DNA of 64,000 nt from Candidatus Kuenenia stuttgartensis (GTDB taxonomy: Bacteria > Planctomycetota > Planctomycetia > Pirellulales > UBA1268). Shown in pieces: positions 28,771 to 37,800 of the stretch. The notes beneath the pieces were generated by a model. It saw nothing but the letters and a program-made list of their open reading frames with translations, searched no databases and was not told the origin of the DNA. The stretch is from positions 6,645 through 70,644 of the forward strand of contig CAMBFA010000001.1 in the NCBI GenBank assembly GCA_945865325.1. Direction: 5' to 3'. The translations under genes were made by a program, and so were the position numbers. Position 1 is the stretch's first letter. The number at the start of each line of letters is the position of its first letter.

Positions 28771-30621
28771 TCACATCTTGCGGACAGTGCCGATGCCGAG
28801 CAGTTCCAGCCCCTTCCGCAGGACCCGGCCCGTCAGATCGCACAGCGCCAGCCGGCTGGAACGCTCCGGTTCGGCGCACTTCAGGATCGGCAGGGCGTCA
28901 TAGAAGGTCGAATAGCAGCAGGCAACGTCGAACAGCCAGGCCGTCAGAACGTTCGGCCGGTAGTCTGCCTCGACGTCCTCGAGGACCTCGCCGAAGCGGG
29001 CGATCTCGAGGGCCAGGGCACGCTCCTTCGGATCGGCAAGCACGATCGGCGCGGCTAGCCTGCGCAGTTGCTCCCGATCAACGTTTCCCTTCTTGAACAC
29101 CCCCTCGTCCCGGGCGACCGCATACTGCATGTAGGCGGCGGTGTTCCCCTTGAGCTCGAGCATCTTGTCGTAGCTGAAGACGTAGTCGGTGGTCCGGTTC
29201 TGGCAGAGATCGGCGTACTTGATCGCCCCGATGCCGATCGTCTCGGCGACATGCTGCCGCTCAGCGGCCTCGACGGAATCGTCGGCGGCAGCGACCGCTG
29301 CGGCCCGCTCCACCCCCTCGTCGAGGAGCGATTCGAGCCCCACGGTGTCGCCGGCCCGGGTCTTGAACGGCTTGCCGTCGTCTCCGAGCACGGTGCCGAA
29401 GGCGACATGAACGAGGTCGACCCCGTCGATGCCCCAGCGCTTCGCGGTCGCGAACAATTGGTCGAAGTGCTGCCCCTGCCGATGGTCGACGACGTAGAGG
29501 ATCCGGTCGGGCTTCCAGTGCTCGAGCCGCCAGCGGATCGTCGCCAGATCGGTTGTCGCGTAGAGGAAGGCGCCGTCGGCCTTGCGGATGAGGAACGGGG
29601 GCTTGTCGTCGCCGTCGAGGAAGACTCCTATCGCGCCGCGGCTCTCACGGGCCAGCCTCTTTGCCTCGAGATCGGCGACAACGCCGGCCAGCAGCGGCTG
29701 GAAGAAGCTCTCCCCGAGGGTGTGATCGAAACGGACATCAAGACGCCGGTAGAGACGCTCGATGTCCCCCAGGCACGCTGGCATGAACCGCTCCCAGAGG
29801 GCCCGGTTGTCGGCATCCCCTTCGTGCAGCCGGGCCGTCTCGAGCAGAACCTCGCGACCGGCTTCGGGGTATTTCGCCGCCAGGGCCGCAATCGACGGAT
29901 CGGCGGCGATCTCCTCCGGCTTGCCGTCGGCGAGTTTGCGGACGGTGCGGTAGATCCGCCCCAACTCGCCGGTGGGATCGGCGGCGAAGGCGGCCTCGTC
30001 GCCGAACCGCTTCCATCCCCAGAGGATCATCCCGAATTGCGTACCCCAGTCGCCGAGGTGGTTGTCGGTGATCGTGTGGTGGCCGCGGAAGCCGAGGATC
30101 CGGGCCAGCGCGTCTCCGATCACCGTCGAGCGGATGTGGCCGACGTGCATCGGCTTGGCGACGTTCGGCGAGCTGAAATCGATGACGATCGTGTCGGGAT
30201 CGGCGACGGCGGGGACCCCGAGTCGTTCGTCGCGGCAGGCGGCCGAGACCGCGGCGGCGAGGGCCTCGTCGCGCACCCGGACATTGATGAATCCGGGCCC
30301 GACGGGATCACCGGGAGGGGCGAACGCTTCCGTAAAGCCAGGCGCCTCCGCCAGGCGACGGGCGATCTCGATGGCGATGTCGCGCGGTTTCTTCCCCGCC
30401 TTCTTCGCCAGCCCCATCGCCATCGGACCGGAATAGTCGCCGAACTTGGCGTCGGCTGTCTCCCGGACCTGCTCGAGGAGCGCGGGGATCTCCGCGGCGT
30501 CGATCGCCACGACCCCATCGGCAGCGAGGCCGTGGAGCGCTGCCGAGAAGCAGCTCCGCAGCCGGTCGCGGAACGTCCCGGCAGAGGCGGGTGCGGTGGG
30601 CGGTGCAGCGTCGCCCACCAT
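28771..30621 (-). CDS. argS: Arginine--tRNA ligase
   Basis: SSPNVAKPMHVGHIRS (HIGH-type motif), anticodon-binding C-terminus ending ...GIGTVRKM. ATG at 30621 overlaps the rsfS TGA (TGATG); the track ORF extends to 30690. Confidence 0.92.
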   Translation of the reverse strand: MVGDAAPPTAPASAGTFRDRLRSCFSAALHGLAADGVVAIDAAEIPALLEQVRETADAKFGDYSGPMAMGLAKKAGKKPRDIAIEIARRLAEAPGFTEAFAPPGDPVGPGFINVRVRDEALAAAVSAACRDERLGVPAVADPDTIVIDFSSPNVAKPMHVGHIRSTVIGDALARILGFRGHHTITDNHLGDWGTQFGMILWGWKRFGDEAAFAADPTGELGRIYRTVRKLADGKPEEIAADPSIAALAAKYPEAGREVLLETARLHEGDADNRALWERFMPACLGDIERLYRRLDVRFDHTLGESFFQPLLAGVVADLEAKRLARESRGAIGVFLDGDDKPPFLIRKADGAFLYATTDLATIRWRLEHWKPDRILYVVDHRQGQHFDQLFATAKRWGIDGVDLVHVAFGTVLGDDGKPFKTRAGDTVGLESLLDEGVERAAAVAAADDSVEAAERQHVAETIGIGAIKYADLCQNRTTDYVFSYDKMLELKGNTAAYMQYAVARDEGVFKKGNVDREQLRRLAAPIVLADPKERALALEIARFGEVLEDVEADYRPNVLTAWLFDVACCYSTFYDALPILKCAEPERSSRLALCDLTGRVLRKGLELLGIGTVRKM

Positions 30622-31025
30622 CACGTCGCCGCTCCGAGAGACGGCAGGGGGACGCGACGGGCCTCGCTCCAGAGGTGCTCCAGATCCCAATAGTCTCGGG
30701 CCTCGGCATCAAAGAGTTGGATGACGACGTCGCCGTAGTCGAGGACGATCCACCGCCCCTCGTCATACCCCTCACCGCCGCGCTTGCGGTCGTTCCACTC
30801 CCGCTTCATGACCGTCTCGATCTCGTCGGCCATCGAGTGGATCTGCCGACGGCTCGTACCGGTGACGACGACAAAATAATCGAACATCGGCGTCACCTCC
30901 CGCAGATCGAGGATGCGGATGTCGGTGCCGCGGGTCTCCTCCGCGATCCGCGCGGCGGCCAGGGCACGCTCAAGGGCCGGAGCGAGCGGGGGGGCCGCAG
31001 AGGGATCAGCGGAGGATTTCACCAT
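30621..31025 (-). CDS. rsfS: Ribosome silencing factor RsfS (iojap family)
   Basis: TDIRILDLREVTPMFDYFVVVTGTSRRQIHSMADEI...WIVLDYGDVVIQLF. Confidence 0.9.
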   Translation of the reverse strand: MVKSSADPSAAPPLAPALERALAAARIAEETRGTDIRILDLREVTPMFDYFVVVTGTSRRQIHSMADEIETVMKREWNDRKRGGEGYDEGRWIVLDYGDVVIQLFDAEARDYWDLEHLWSEARRVPLPSLGAAT

Positions 31026-31268
31026 GGAACGTCGCGGGATCCGGAGGGGCTGGGGCCGGGAAAGAAGGGCAAGTGCGCCAGTCTACCTGCAATCGCACCG
31101 CCCTCCCACTGCCCACACCGACGATTGTCGGGCTTTTCCACGGACAGCTAGCAGGTGTGGATAAAGTGCCGGCCCGACCGTACGAGGCGGTCGCGAGTGC
31201 GTAGCACTCGAGAAAACCGGAGGTTTTCCAAGTGGACAAAAGGCATGGATGACTTTTTCCACGGGTAG

Positions 31269-32108
31269 CTAGCGCGCCAAGCACCGCTCGGCCGCCAGCG
31301 CGATCCCCAGGAGCACCAGATCAGGCATCTCGGTCGCGCCGGGCACGGCCGGCAGGATCGCCCGGCTCCATCCCCCGGTGAGGATCACCGGGGCCGAGGG
31401 CCCGAGGACCAGCCTCCCCCGCGCCACCAGTTCGGCGATCGCTCCGCGCATCCCCCAGCCGATACCGGCGGCGATCGCCTCACGGGTGTTCCGACCGGGG
31501 AGCGCGGGCGGATCAGCGGGCTCGAGGGCCCAGACCTCGGGGAGCTTGCTCGTGCCCTGGGCCAGCGCCCGCGCCATGAGGGTCGGCCCGGGGAGGATCG
31601 CCCCCCCCAGAAAACGGCCGTCGGCGGCCACCATGTCGACCGTCGCCGCGGTGCCGCAATCGACGATGATCGCCCCCTCGGCCTCCGGCTTCACCACTGC
31701 GGCCGCGGCCGCGGCCGCCAGCCGGTCGATCCCCACGCGCTGCGGTTCGGGAAGCGCCGGTGGCCACGGCAGGTCGGCATGACCGATCCTCCGCTGCCGG
31801 AGCGGTCGCCGACCGGTCGCCGATTCCTCGGCCAGCGCCATCTCGAGGACCGCCGCCGCCGCGTCGTGGACACTGGCGACGAGGATCACTGCCGGCCCCG
31901 GCGCGGCCACCGCGAGCCACTGGCGAAGGAAGTTCGTGCGGAGTCCGCGGTTGTCGATCTCCTGGCGATGGCGGATGGTCGGTAGTGCACGGCCGCGGCC
32001 ATGGCCGACGACGGCCGCAAGTTTGATCCGGCTGTTTCCCACGTCGGCGAGGAGCACGGTCTCCGGCAGTCGGGCGAAGCGATCCTCGGTGTCGTCGGGC
32101 GGGGACAT
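31269..32108 (-). CDS. coaX: Type III pantothenate kinase
   Basis: LLADVGNSRIKLA, GIDRLAAAAAA, IIVDCGTAATVD, PGPTLMARAL motifs. Confidence 0.88.
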   Translation of the reverse strand: MSPPDDTEDRFARLPETVLLADVGNSRIKLAAVVGHGRGRALPTIRHRQEIDNRGLRTNFLRQWLAVAAPGPAVILVASVHDAAAAVLEMALAEESATGRRPLRQRRIGHADLPWPPALPEPQRVGIDRLAAAAAAAVVKPEAEGAIIVDCGTAATVDMVAADGRFLGGAILPGPTLMARALAQGTSKLPEVWALEPADPPALPGRNTREAIAAGIGWGMRGAIAELVARGRLVLGPSAPVILTGGWSRAILPAVPGATEMPDLVLLGIALAAERCLAR

Positions 32109-32162
32109 GCAGGGCGGTCCTGGGAGGACGGGCCAACATCGGCGGACCTTCCACCGACACGC

Positions 32163-33176
32163 TCACACCCGCGGCGCGGGTTCGTTCCGGGGGGCATCCA
32201 TCTGGCGCACGACCGCGGCCAGGAGACGATCGAGTCCTTCGCCGGTGACGGCGCTGACGGCGATCACCGGCCGACCGGTGGCGGCTTGGAGGGCGTCGCG
32301 CGCTTCGGGGGCAGCCGGGAGCTCGCACTTGCTGACGACGAGGATCTCCGGACGTTCCCCGAGGCGAGGGTCGTGGAGCACCAATTCCTCGCGGATCGCC
32401 CGGTAGTTGGCCAGCGGATCGCTGCCATCCATCGGCTGCGGCTCGACGACATGGACGATGATCCCGGCCCGCTCGACATGACGCAGAAACTCATGGCCCA
32501 GGCCATGGCCGGCGTGGGCCCCCTCGATAAGGCCGGGGAGGTCGGCGAGCACAAAGCTTCGGTCGCGCGAGATCGACACGATCCCCAGCATCGGCGTCTT
32601 CGTTGTGAAGGCGTAGTCGGCGATCTCAGGGCGGGCCCGCGAGAGCCGGGAGAGGAGCGTGCTCTTGCCGGCATTCGGCTTGCCGACGAGGCCGACATCG
32701 GCGATCACCTTGAGCTCGAGGAGGATCCGCCGGACCTCCCCTTTTTCGCCAGGGGTCGTTTCGCGCGGCGCCCGGTTCGTCGACGACTTGAAGTGGATGT
32801 TTCCGAAGCCTCCGGCGCCCCCCTGGGCGGCGACGAGTTGATCTCCCGGCGCGGCGAGATCCCGCAACACCAACCCCGAGGCCTCGTCGATGACGATCGT
32901 GCCGGGGGGCACAGGCAACAGGAGATCGACTGCCGATCGCCCCTTGCAGTTTTTCGGGCCGCCCGACTGGCCCGACTCGGCGCGCCACTGCGTTCGATGG
33001 GCCAGAGCCGCCAGCGAATCAACCCCGGGCTGGGCGCAGAGGATAATACTCCCCCCAGTGCCGCCGTCGCCGCCGTCGGGGCCACCGCGGGGAATGTATT
33101 TCTCCCGGCGGAAGCTCGAGCTGCCACGTCCGCCGTCGCCGGCCGCTACCTGAATATGGACGCGGTCGACAAACAC
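32163..33176 (-). CDS. obgE: GTPase ObgE/CgtA
   Basis: MFVDRVHIQVAAGDGGRGSSSFRREKYIPRGGPDGGDGGTGGSI plus G-domain GKPNAGKSTLLS. Confidence 0.95.
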   Translation of the reverse strand: MFVDRVHIQVAAGDGGRGSSSFRREKYIPRGGPDGGDGGTGGSIILCAQPGVDSLAALAHRTQWRAESGQSGGPKNCKGRSAVDLLLPVPPGTIVIDEASGLVLRDLAAPGDQLVAAQGGAGGFGNIHFKSSTNRAPRETTPGEKGEVRRILLELKVIADVGLVGKPNAGKSTLLSRLSRARPEIADYAFTTKTPMLGIVSISRDRSFVLADLPGLIEGAHAGHGLGHEFLRHVERAGIIVHVVEPQPMDGSDPLANYRAIREELVLHDPRLGERPEILVVSKCELPAAPEARDALQAATGRPVIAVSAVTGEGLDRLLAAVVRQMDAPRNEPAPRV

Positions 33177-33218
33177 GGTGTCGCCTGCCCCTCAAGGGCT
33201 GGGGGGGGAAGGGATCGA

Positions 33219-33461
33219 TCAGACCTGGACGTTGACCCGACGCCCCTCGCGGTCGAACGCGACGACACCGTCGACAAGAGCGAAGAGGGTGTAGTCAGTC
33301 CCCATCCCCACGTTGTTGCCGGGATGGAACTTCGTCCCCACCTGCCGAACGAGGATGTTGCCGGCACGCACCTGCTGCCCGCCGAACTTCTTCACGCCGC
33401 GCATTTGGGCGTTGGAGTCACGACCGTTACGACTTGACCCCTGACCTTTTTTGTGTGCCAT
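33219..33461 (-). CDS. rpmA: 50S ribosomal protein L27
   Basis: [48 protein letters not shown] starts at ATG 33461; the track ORF extends to 33638. Confidence 0.94.
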   Translation of the reverse strand: MAHKKGQGSSRNGRDSNAQMRGVKKFGGQQVRAGNILVRQVGTKFHPGNNVGMGTDYTLFALVDGVVAFDREGRRVNVQV

Positions 33462-33594
33462 GGCAATCGACCTCGAAGCGGGTTTTGCGGAATGGGTATC
33501 GAGAGGGGCACTGGAGGCGGGAAGGGAAAACCTTTCCCCAGCCCGACCCCCCCTCCCCAGCGAGAGAAAGCGGGACGCAGCCTCCAGATCCGAA

Positions 33595-35364
33595 TTAACG
33601 TTCGTACCGGAAAACCCAGGCGTGGTCAACGCCCTCACGGACAGCCGTGGCTGCGGCGAGGAGTGCCGGCCCCTCGGCGCCGAGCAGGCCGGTCACCATC
33701 CGGGCCCGTTTCGCGGCATCCGTCTCGGCCCCGAAGACCGTCAGCATCGCGTCGGAGGCGGTCAGGGCCCCGCCTGAGAGGACGGGACGACGGTCGAAAT
33801 CCATGTCGTCGAGCACTGCCCGGGCCCGGGCAAGATCGAGCTCGTGGACGAGCGAATCCAAACGCGGTGCCGCGGCGCCGAACAGGGCCACCGCTGCCGA
33901 GCGGCGGGTCGCGGCCGGGGTCGTGGCGTCGAGGGCAGCGAGCACCTTAACAAGCGATTCCAGCGGCCGGTTAGCAACGTCTTCCTCCGACACTCCGCAG
34001 CGATCGAGCATCCCCCGGCGGAGCGTTCCCCGCTCCTCGTCGAGCGGCGCCGTCAAACCGCGCACGAGATCCTCGAACCATTCTTCGCCGACCCCGCCGA
34101 ACAGCGTCCGGATCGCCGCAGGGCGGGCCGCGGGGGGCTGGAGGCGGGCGAGGGCGTTGACAACTTTTTTCAGCGGCACAAGGCTCGGCGGGGTATCGCG
34201 ATCGACTGATGCGGCAGCCTTCACCGCCGCCGGCGGATCGAGGATCTCCTCCCAGGTGAGCCCAAGCTGTTGGAGCCCCTCGCGGGGAGCCGAGGCTGTT
34301 TGCCGACCGCGTCCCAACGCCTCGAGGACTCGGCTCCCGATCGTCCGGCGCTCGTACATGCCGGCATGACCGACACTCATTTCGTCGTCGAGGCTGGTGG
34401 CGTCGTCACCGGGGCGCCAGAAGTCGAGGCGCAGGCTCTCGAGAACATGCTCCTCCCCCGTCACCGGCACCGAATCGGCGGCGAAAGTGGCATCGGCCCG
34501 CGGCTGCCAGCGGATTGCATTGGTGAGGCCGCGGGCGTAGATCGAGAAAAAGTCGATCCGCGGATCGACATCCTCCCACACCGCCACGCCCCACCGTTCC
34601 TCACCGGGAGCGAGGTCTCGCTCAGACATCCGGGCGCTGTCGTGGAGGTCGAGGCGGGTATCTTCGCGCTCGCGGATCGCCGCCACGGCGCCAGGCACGA
34701 CGCGATCGAGATAGGCGCGGAAGGCAAGCGCCCCTTCTTGTTTCGAGAGCCCCTCGACGCTCTCGAGGACGAAATGCGGGAGGAAGCGCACCGGTTGTTG
34801 CACCGTCTCGCTGCGGAACCTCCACGCATCCCCGTCGGCCATCACGATCCGCCGGGCGCCAGAGTTCTTCACCCGGTAGAGGAGATACCAGACGCGCTTG
34901 CGTTGCATCCGGAAGTCGCGGGCTGGCACATCGACATCGATCTGACGCGGGGGCTTGAAAGCGAACTCCAGCGCCCAGATGTCGCGGGGGAAGTCGCGAT
35001 TGCGCCCCTGTTCGACGAGCGTTGCCCCGATAGGCGACTGCTTCGGTTCCCAGGCGAGGTCGCCGAGCCCCGCGGTGATCTCGGGGATGTCTGCCCGGAG
35101 GAGGGCGTCATCGCCGGAGCGGTCGGCGGGGATGACCGTGAGCACGCCCGGGGCCAATCGTCGGTAGCCGGTCGGCTCGGCCGCCCCGGCAGGGAAGATT
35201 GCCGCCGCCGCCAGCAGGAGCGCGAGCCCGGCCCGGCACGCCCCCCTCGCCCGAACGCGTCCCCGGCCAGCCCCGCAGGGCTTACCAGGGGGGCCGGCGG
35301 CGCACGGAGCGTCGGAGGTCGTGGTCGTGCGTGTGTAATCAGTTGCCGGTGGCAGACGAGCCAT
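33595..35364 (-). CDS. Hypothetical secreted protein (589 aa), unrecognised family
   Basis: The longest ORF is on the same strand as its neighbours and has high third-position GC. Signal-like [22 protein letters not shown]. The C-terminal third shows three degenerate repeats of the pattern A..R..A...LFG. No motif I can name. Confidence 0.6.
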   Translation of the reverse strand: MARLPPATDYTRTTTTSDAPCAAGPPGKPCGAGRGRVRARGACRAGLALLLAAAAIFPAGAAEPTGYRRLAPGVLTVIPADRSGDDALLRADIPEITAGLGDLAWEPKQSPIGATLVEQGRNRDFPRDIWALEFAFKPPRQIDVDVPARDFRMQRKRVWYLLYRVKNSGARRIVMADGDAWRFRSETVQQPVRFLPHFVLESVEGLSKQEGALAFRAYLDRVVPGAVAAIREREDTRLDLHDSARMSERDLAPGEERWGVAVWEDVDPRIDFFSIYARGLTNAIRWQPRADATFAADSVPVTGEEHVLESLRLDFWRPGDDATSLDDEMSVGHAGMYERRTIGSRVLEALGRGRQTASAPREGLQQLGLTWEEILDPPAAVKAAASVDRDTPPSLVPLKKVVNALARLQPPAARPAAIRTLFGGVGEEWFEDLVRGLTAPLDEERGTLRRGMLDRCGVSEEDVANRPLESLVKVLAALDATTPAATRRSAAVALFGAAAPRLDSLVHELDLARARAVLDDMDFDRRPVLSGGALTASDAMLTVFGAETDAAKRARMVTGLLGAEGPALLAAATAVREGVDHAWVFRYER

Positions 35365-35627
35365 GTGTGGAGTTCCCCCGTTCCTTGATTATCCCCCTGC
35401 AGCTCCGGAAACCCTGACTTTTCCGGCGGAAACACGGACAACCGGCCCCACCGCCACAGCCTTCCTTGCTTTCCCAGAAACCCCAAACCACTATTGTAGA
35501 GGAGAGGGTCGGCTGTCCAGAAACTGGCCTCCCCTGGAATCATCTGCCGAAAGAGACTCTGGCCGGGATGCTGCCTGAGCGTTGGCGGATCGTCCCGCAC
35601 CGCCCGATGCCGGAAGGCTGTTTACCA

Positions 35628-35924
35628 ATGCCCACTCCCACCCGTTCCGCGGCGCCAGTCACCAACGCCGAAGCCCTCGGCCCAATTTTCCTCTCGGCCG
35701 AGGATTTCGATGCCACCGGGATCCTCGCCGGGGTGGAGCCGTGCGCGTCGAACTACTGGTGGATTCCCGAGCTCCACCTCGGCGTGCCTTCGGGAGGGGG
35801 CCCGACGGATTCGGCGGTCGCCTTGGCAGGAGTGATTGGCCAGACCGCCGTCACCGGCAGGCCGGCAGCTCCCCTCCTCGCTCACGCGGCGCGGCGGACC
35901 TCCCGACGCTCGACGGCGGCCTGA
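35628..35924 (+). CDS. Possible small hypothetical protein (98 aa)
   Basis: ATG at 35628 inside track ORF 35466..35924. Codons are strongly GC3-biased (ccc acc tcc gcg gtc aac gcc ctc ...). The 3' end converges on and overlaps parA by 43 nt. No recognisable motif. Confidence 0.3.
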   Translation: MPTPTRSAAPVTNAEALGPIFLSAEDFDATGILAGVEPCASNYWWIPELHLGVPSGGGPTDSAVALAGVIGQTAVTGRPAAPLLAHAARRTSRRSTAA

Positions 35925-36724
35925 AGTACCTCGCCGGCGAGTGCCGCGTAGTCCTCAGCACCGTGCGAGTCCGGGGCGTAGTCGAAGATCGACTGCCCGA
36001 AGCTCGGCGCCTCCGCGAGGCGGATGTTGCGGCGGATCTTCGTGCGGAACACGCGGGCCCCGGCCCACGCCGGATGCCGGTCACCCCCGGCTGCGAAGAA
36101 TCCCTCCACATCGCGGGCCACTTCGTTGGCGAGCCGGGTGGACGACTCATACATGCACAGCACGACCCCCAAGAGCCGGAGCCGTGGATTGACCCGGTCA
36201 GCCACCAGTTCCATCGTCTCCAGGAGCTTCGAGAGCCCGTGGAGGGCGAGAAAGTGGGGCTGGAGCGGAAGAAGGACCTCGTCGACGCTCGCCATCGCGT
36301 TGAGCGACAGGAGGCCGAGGGAGGGAGGGCAGTCGATGATCATCGCGTCGTGGTGAACGCCATCCCCCCTGCCCTGGCAGGCGTCGTCTGCCTCGATGCG
36401 CTGTCGCAGAATCCCCTCCCGGCCGGGTCGGTTGGCCAGCGCCATTTCCACGGCGGAGAGGTCGATGTGGGAGGGGATCACATGGAGCCGATCGGCCGCC
36501 CTGACACGGGCGTCGGCAAGCGACGCTCCGCCGACGAGCACGTCGTAGGCGGAGCAGGGATGGAGCCCGGGTTGCACGCCGGCATGGAGCGTGGCATGGG
36601 CCTGTGGATCGAGATCGACCAGGCAGACGTCCTGCCCCGCCCGGGCCAGTCCCACGGCGAGATTCACTGACGTGGTCGTCTTGCCGACCCCGCCCTTCTG
36701 ATTGGCCACGGCGATCGAACGCAT
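35882..36724 (-). CDS. ParA/Soj-family ATPase (orphan, no parB adjacent)
   Basis: MRSIAVANQKGGVGKTTTSVNLAVGLARAG (deviant Walker A) starts at ATG 36724; DLDPQAHAT; IIDCPPSLG. Confidence 0.88.
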   Translation of the reverse strand: MRSIAVANQKGGVGKTTTSVNLAVGLARAGQDVCLVDLDPQAHATLHAGVQPGLHPCSAYDVLVGGASLADARVRAADRLHVIPSHIDLSAVEMALANRPGREGILRQRIEADDACQGRGDGVHHDAMIIDCPPSLGLLSLNAMASVDEVLLPLQPHFLALHGLSKLLETMELVADRVNPRLRLLGVVLCMYESSTRLANEVARDVEGFFAAGGDRHPAWAGARVFRTKIRRNIRLAEAPSFGQSIFDYAPDSHGAEDYAALAGEVLQAAVERREVRRAA

Positions 36725-36901
36725 GACAAAAAACCTCTGGGGGAGCCCAGTCCGAACAGCCGACCGCGGAGCCCTCTCCTCGCTGACCGGCCGTCCGGCA
36801 CGCCGAGAAGGAATCGACCTCCACACCACGCTTCCCCGGGAGGATAGGATCCCGGAGGCATGGTCAAAAGCCCGTTTTCCAAACCGGTTTTGACCGGTTT
36901 T

Positions 36902-37483
36902 TCAGGGCTGGCCCCGGAGCCAACGTTCCAGCCCCCGGGAAATCCGTCCCAGACCGATCCTCCCTGGCCGCCCTACGACGGCCAGGCTCCCCAGTTCCCC
37001 CACCCCGGCCGCTGCGGAGGCCCCTTCGACAAGGTCGATCACCAGCACGACCGGTGGCCGGCCGGCCGCCGGATCGGCAAACACCAGGGCCCGGTCCCAC
37101 GAATCCGCGGGGAGCCGGTCAGCCCCGGTCGACGGCCTCCCCTGCCAGCGGAAGTTGGCGTCTTCAACGAGCCCCCGACGGAGATGGACCAACCCCGGAG
37201 CCTGCGAGACATCCGCTCGTTCGAGCGCCACCAACACCCCCGATTCTGCCGCTGGCGCCAACGCCCACACCTCGACGACCGGCGCTGACGTCACCATCCG
37301 CGCAGCTTCGGGACCGTAGAACGCCAGGCACCGCTGCGTCTGCCCCCGCTGGTACCAGATGCCGACGACGCCTGCCGTGATCCCGAGCAGGAGCAATCCG
37401 ATCACGAGACGTGCCCCGGAGCCGACGGCCGCCGGCGCGGTGGGCGAGTCCCCGATGACGGCAGGGGAACCGGGGGGGGGCAT
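36902..37483 (-). CDS. Hypothetical single-pass membrane protein
   Basis: From ATG 37483: MPPPGSPAVIGDSP... followed by TM segment LVIGLLLLGITAGVVGIWY. Lies directly upstream of parA on the same strand. Start uncertain. Confidence 0.4.
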   Translation of the reverse strand: MPPPGSPAVIGDSPTAPAAVGSGARLVIGLLLLGITAGVVGIWYQRGQTQRCLAFYGPEAARMVTSAPVVEVWALAPAAESGVLVALERADVSQAPGLVHLRRGLVEDANFRWQGRPSTGADRLPADSWDRALVFADPAAGRPPVVLVIDLVEGASAAAGVGELGSLAVVGRPGRIGLGRISRGLERWLRGQP

Positions 37484-37572
37484 GGGGTGATCTCCGATCA
37501 GGGGGCGTGTCCGAGACCAATGTATACTTCCAGGCCGTCGAGTCGGTCCGCCCCAGCCAGGAGCCTCCCCCG

Positions 37573-37800
37573 ATGCCCAACGTCTTCGATCCATACCGCG
37601 AAGCGCTCGTCGTGGAACAGCACACGGAATGGCCCGAGGCATACGAGGACTGGTCAGCCGCCGACAAGTCGCGTGCCGCGGCGCTGCTCCATGCCAACCC
37701 CACCGAGGCCGCGGACCTCGACTATGTCCGTCAGCATTCCGGGTTCGCCCGCGTGATCCGCGTCACGCCGGAGGACATCGAGCGCGTGAGTGTCGCCTGA
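37573..37800 (+). CDS. Small acidic hypothetical protein (75 aa)
   Basis: MPNVFDPYREALVVEQHTEWPEAYEDWSAADK...; GC3-rich codons. Its end overlaps the aroB start by about 11 nt, suggesting co-transcription. Confidence 0.4.
   Translation: MPNVFDPYREALVVEQHTEWPEAYEDWSAADKSRAAALLHANPTEAADLDYVRQHSGFARVIRVTPEDIERVSVA

Noticed and set aside
27279-30693. Plus-strand ORFs 27279..28760 (493 aa) and 29068..30693 (541 aa)
   Set aside because: They are antisense shadows of EF-G and ArgRS, both of which carry unambiguous family motifs on the minus strand.
31513-32328. 271-aa minus-strand ORF overlapping coaX and obg
   Set aside because: It is an alternative frame of two well-supported genes and encodes an Arg/Pro/Gly-rich product.
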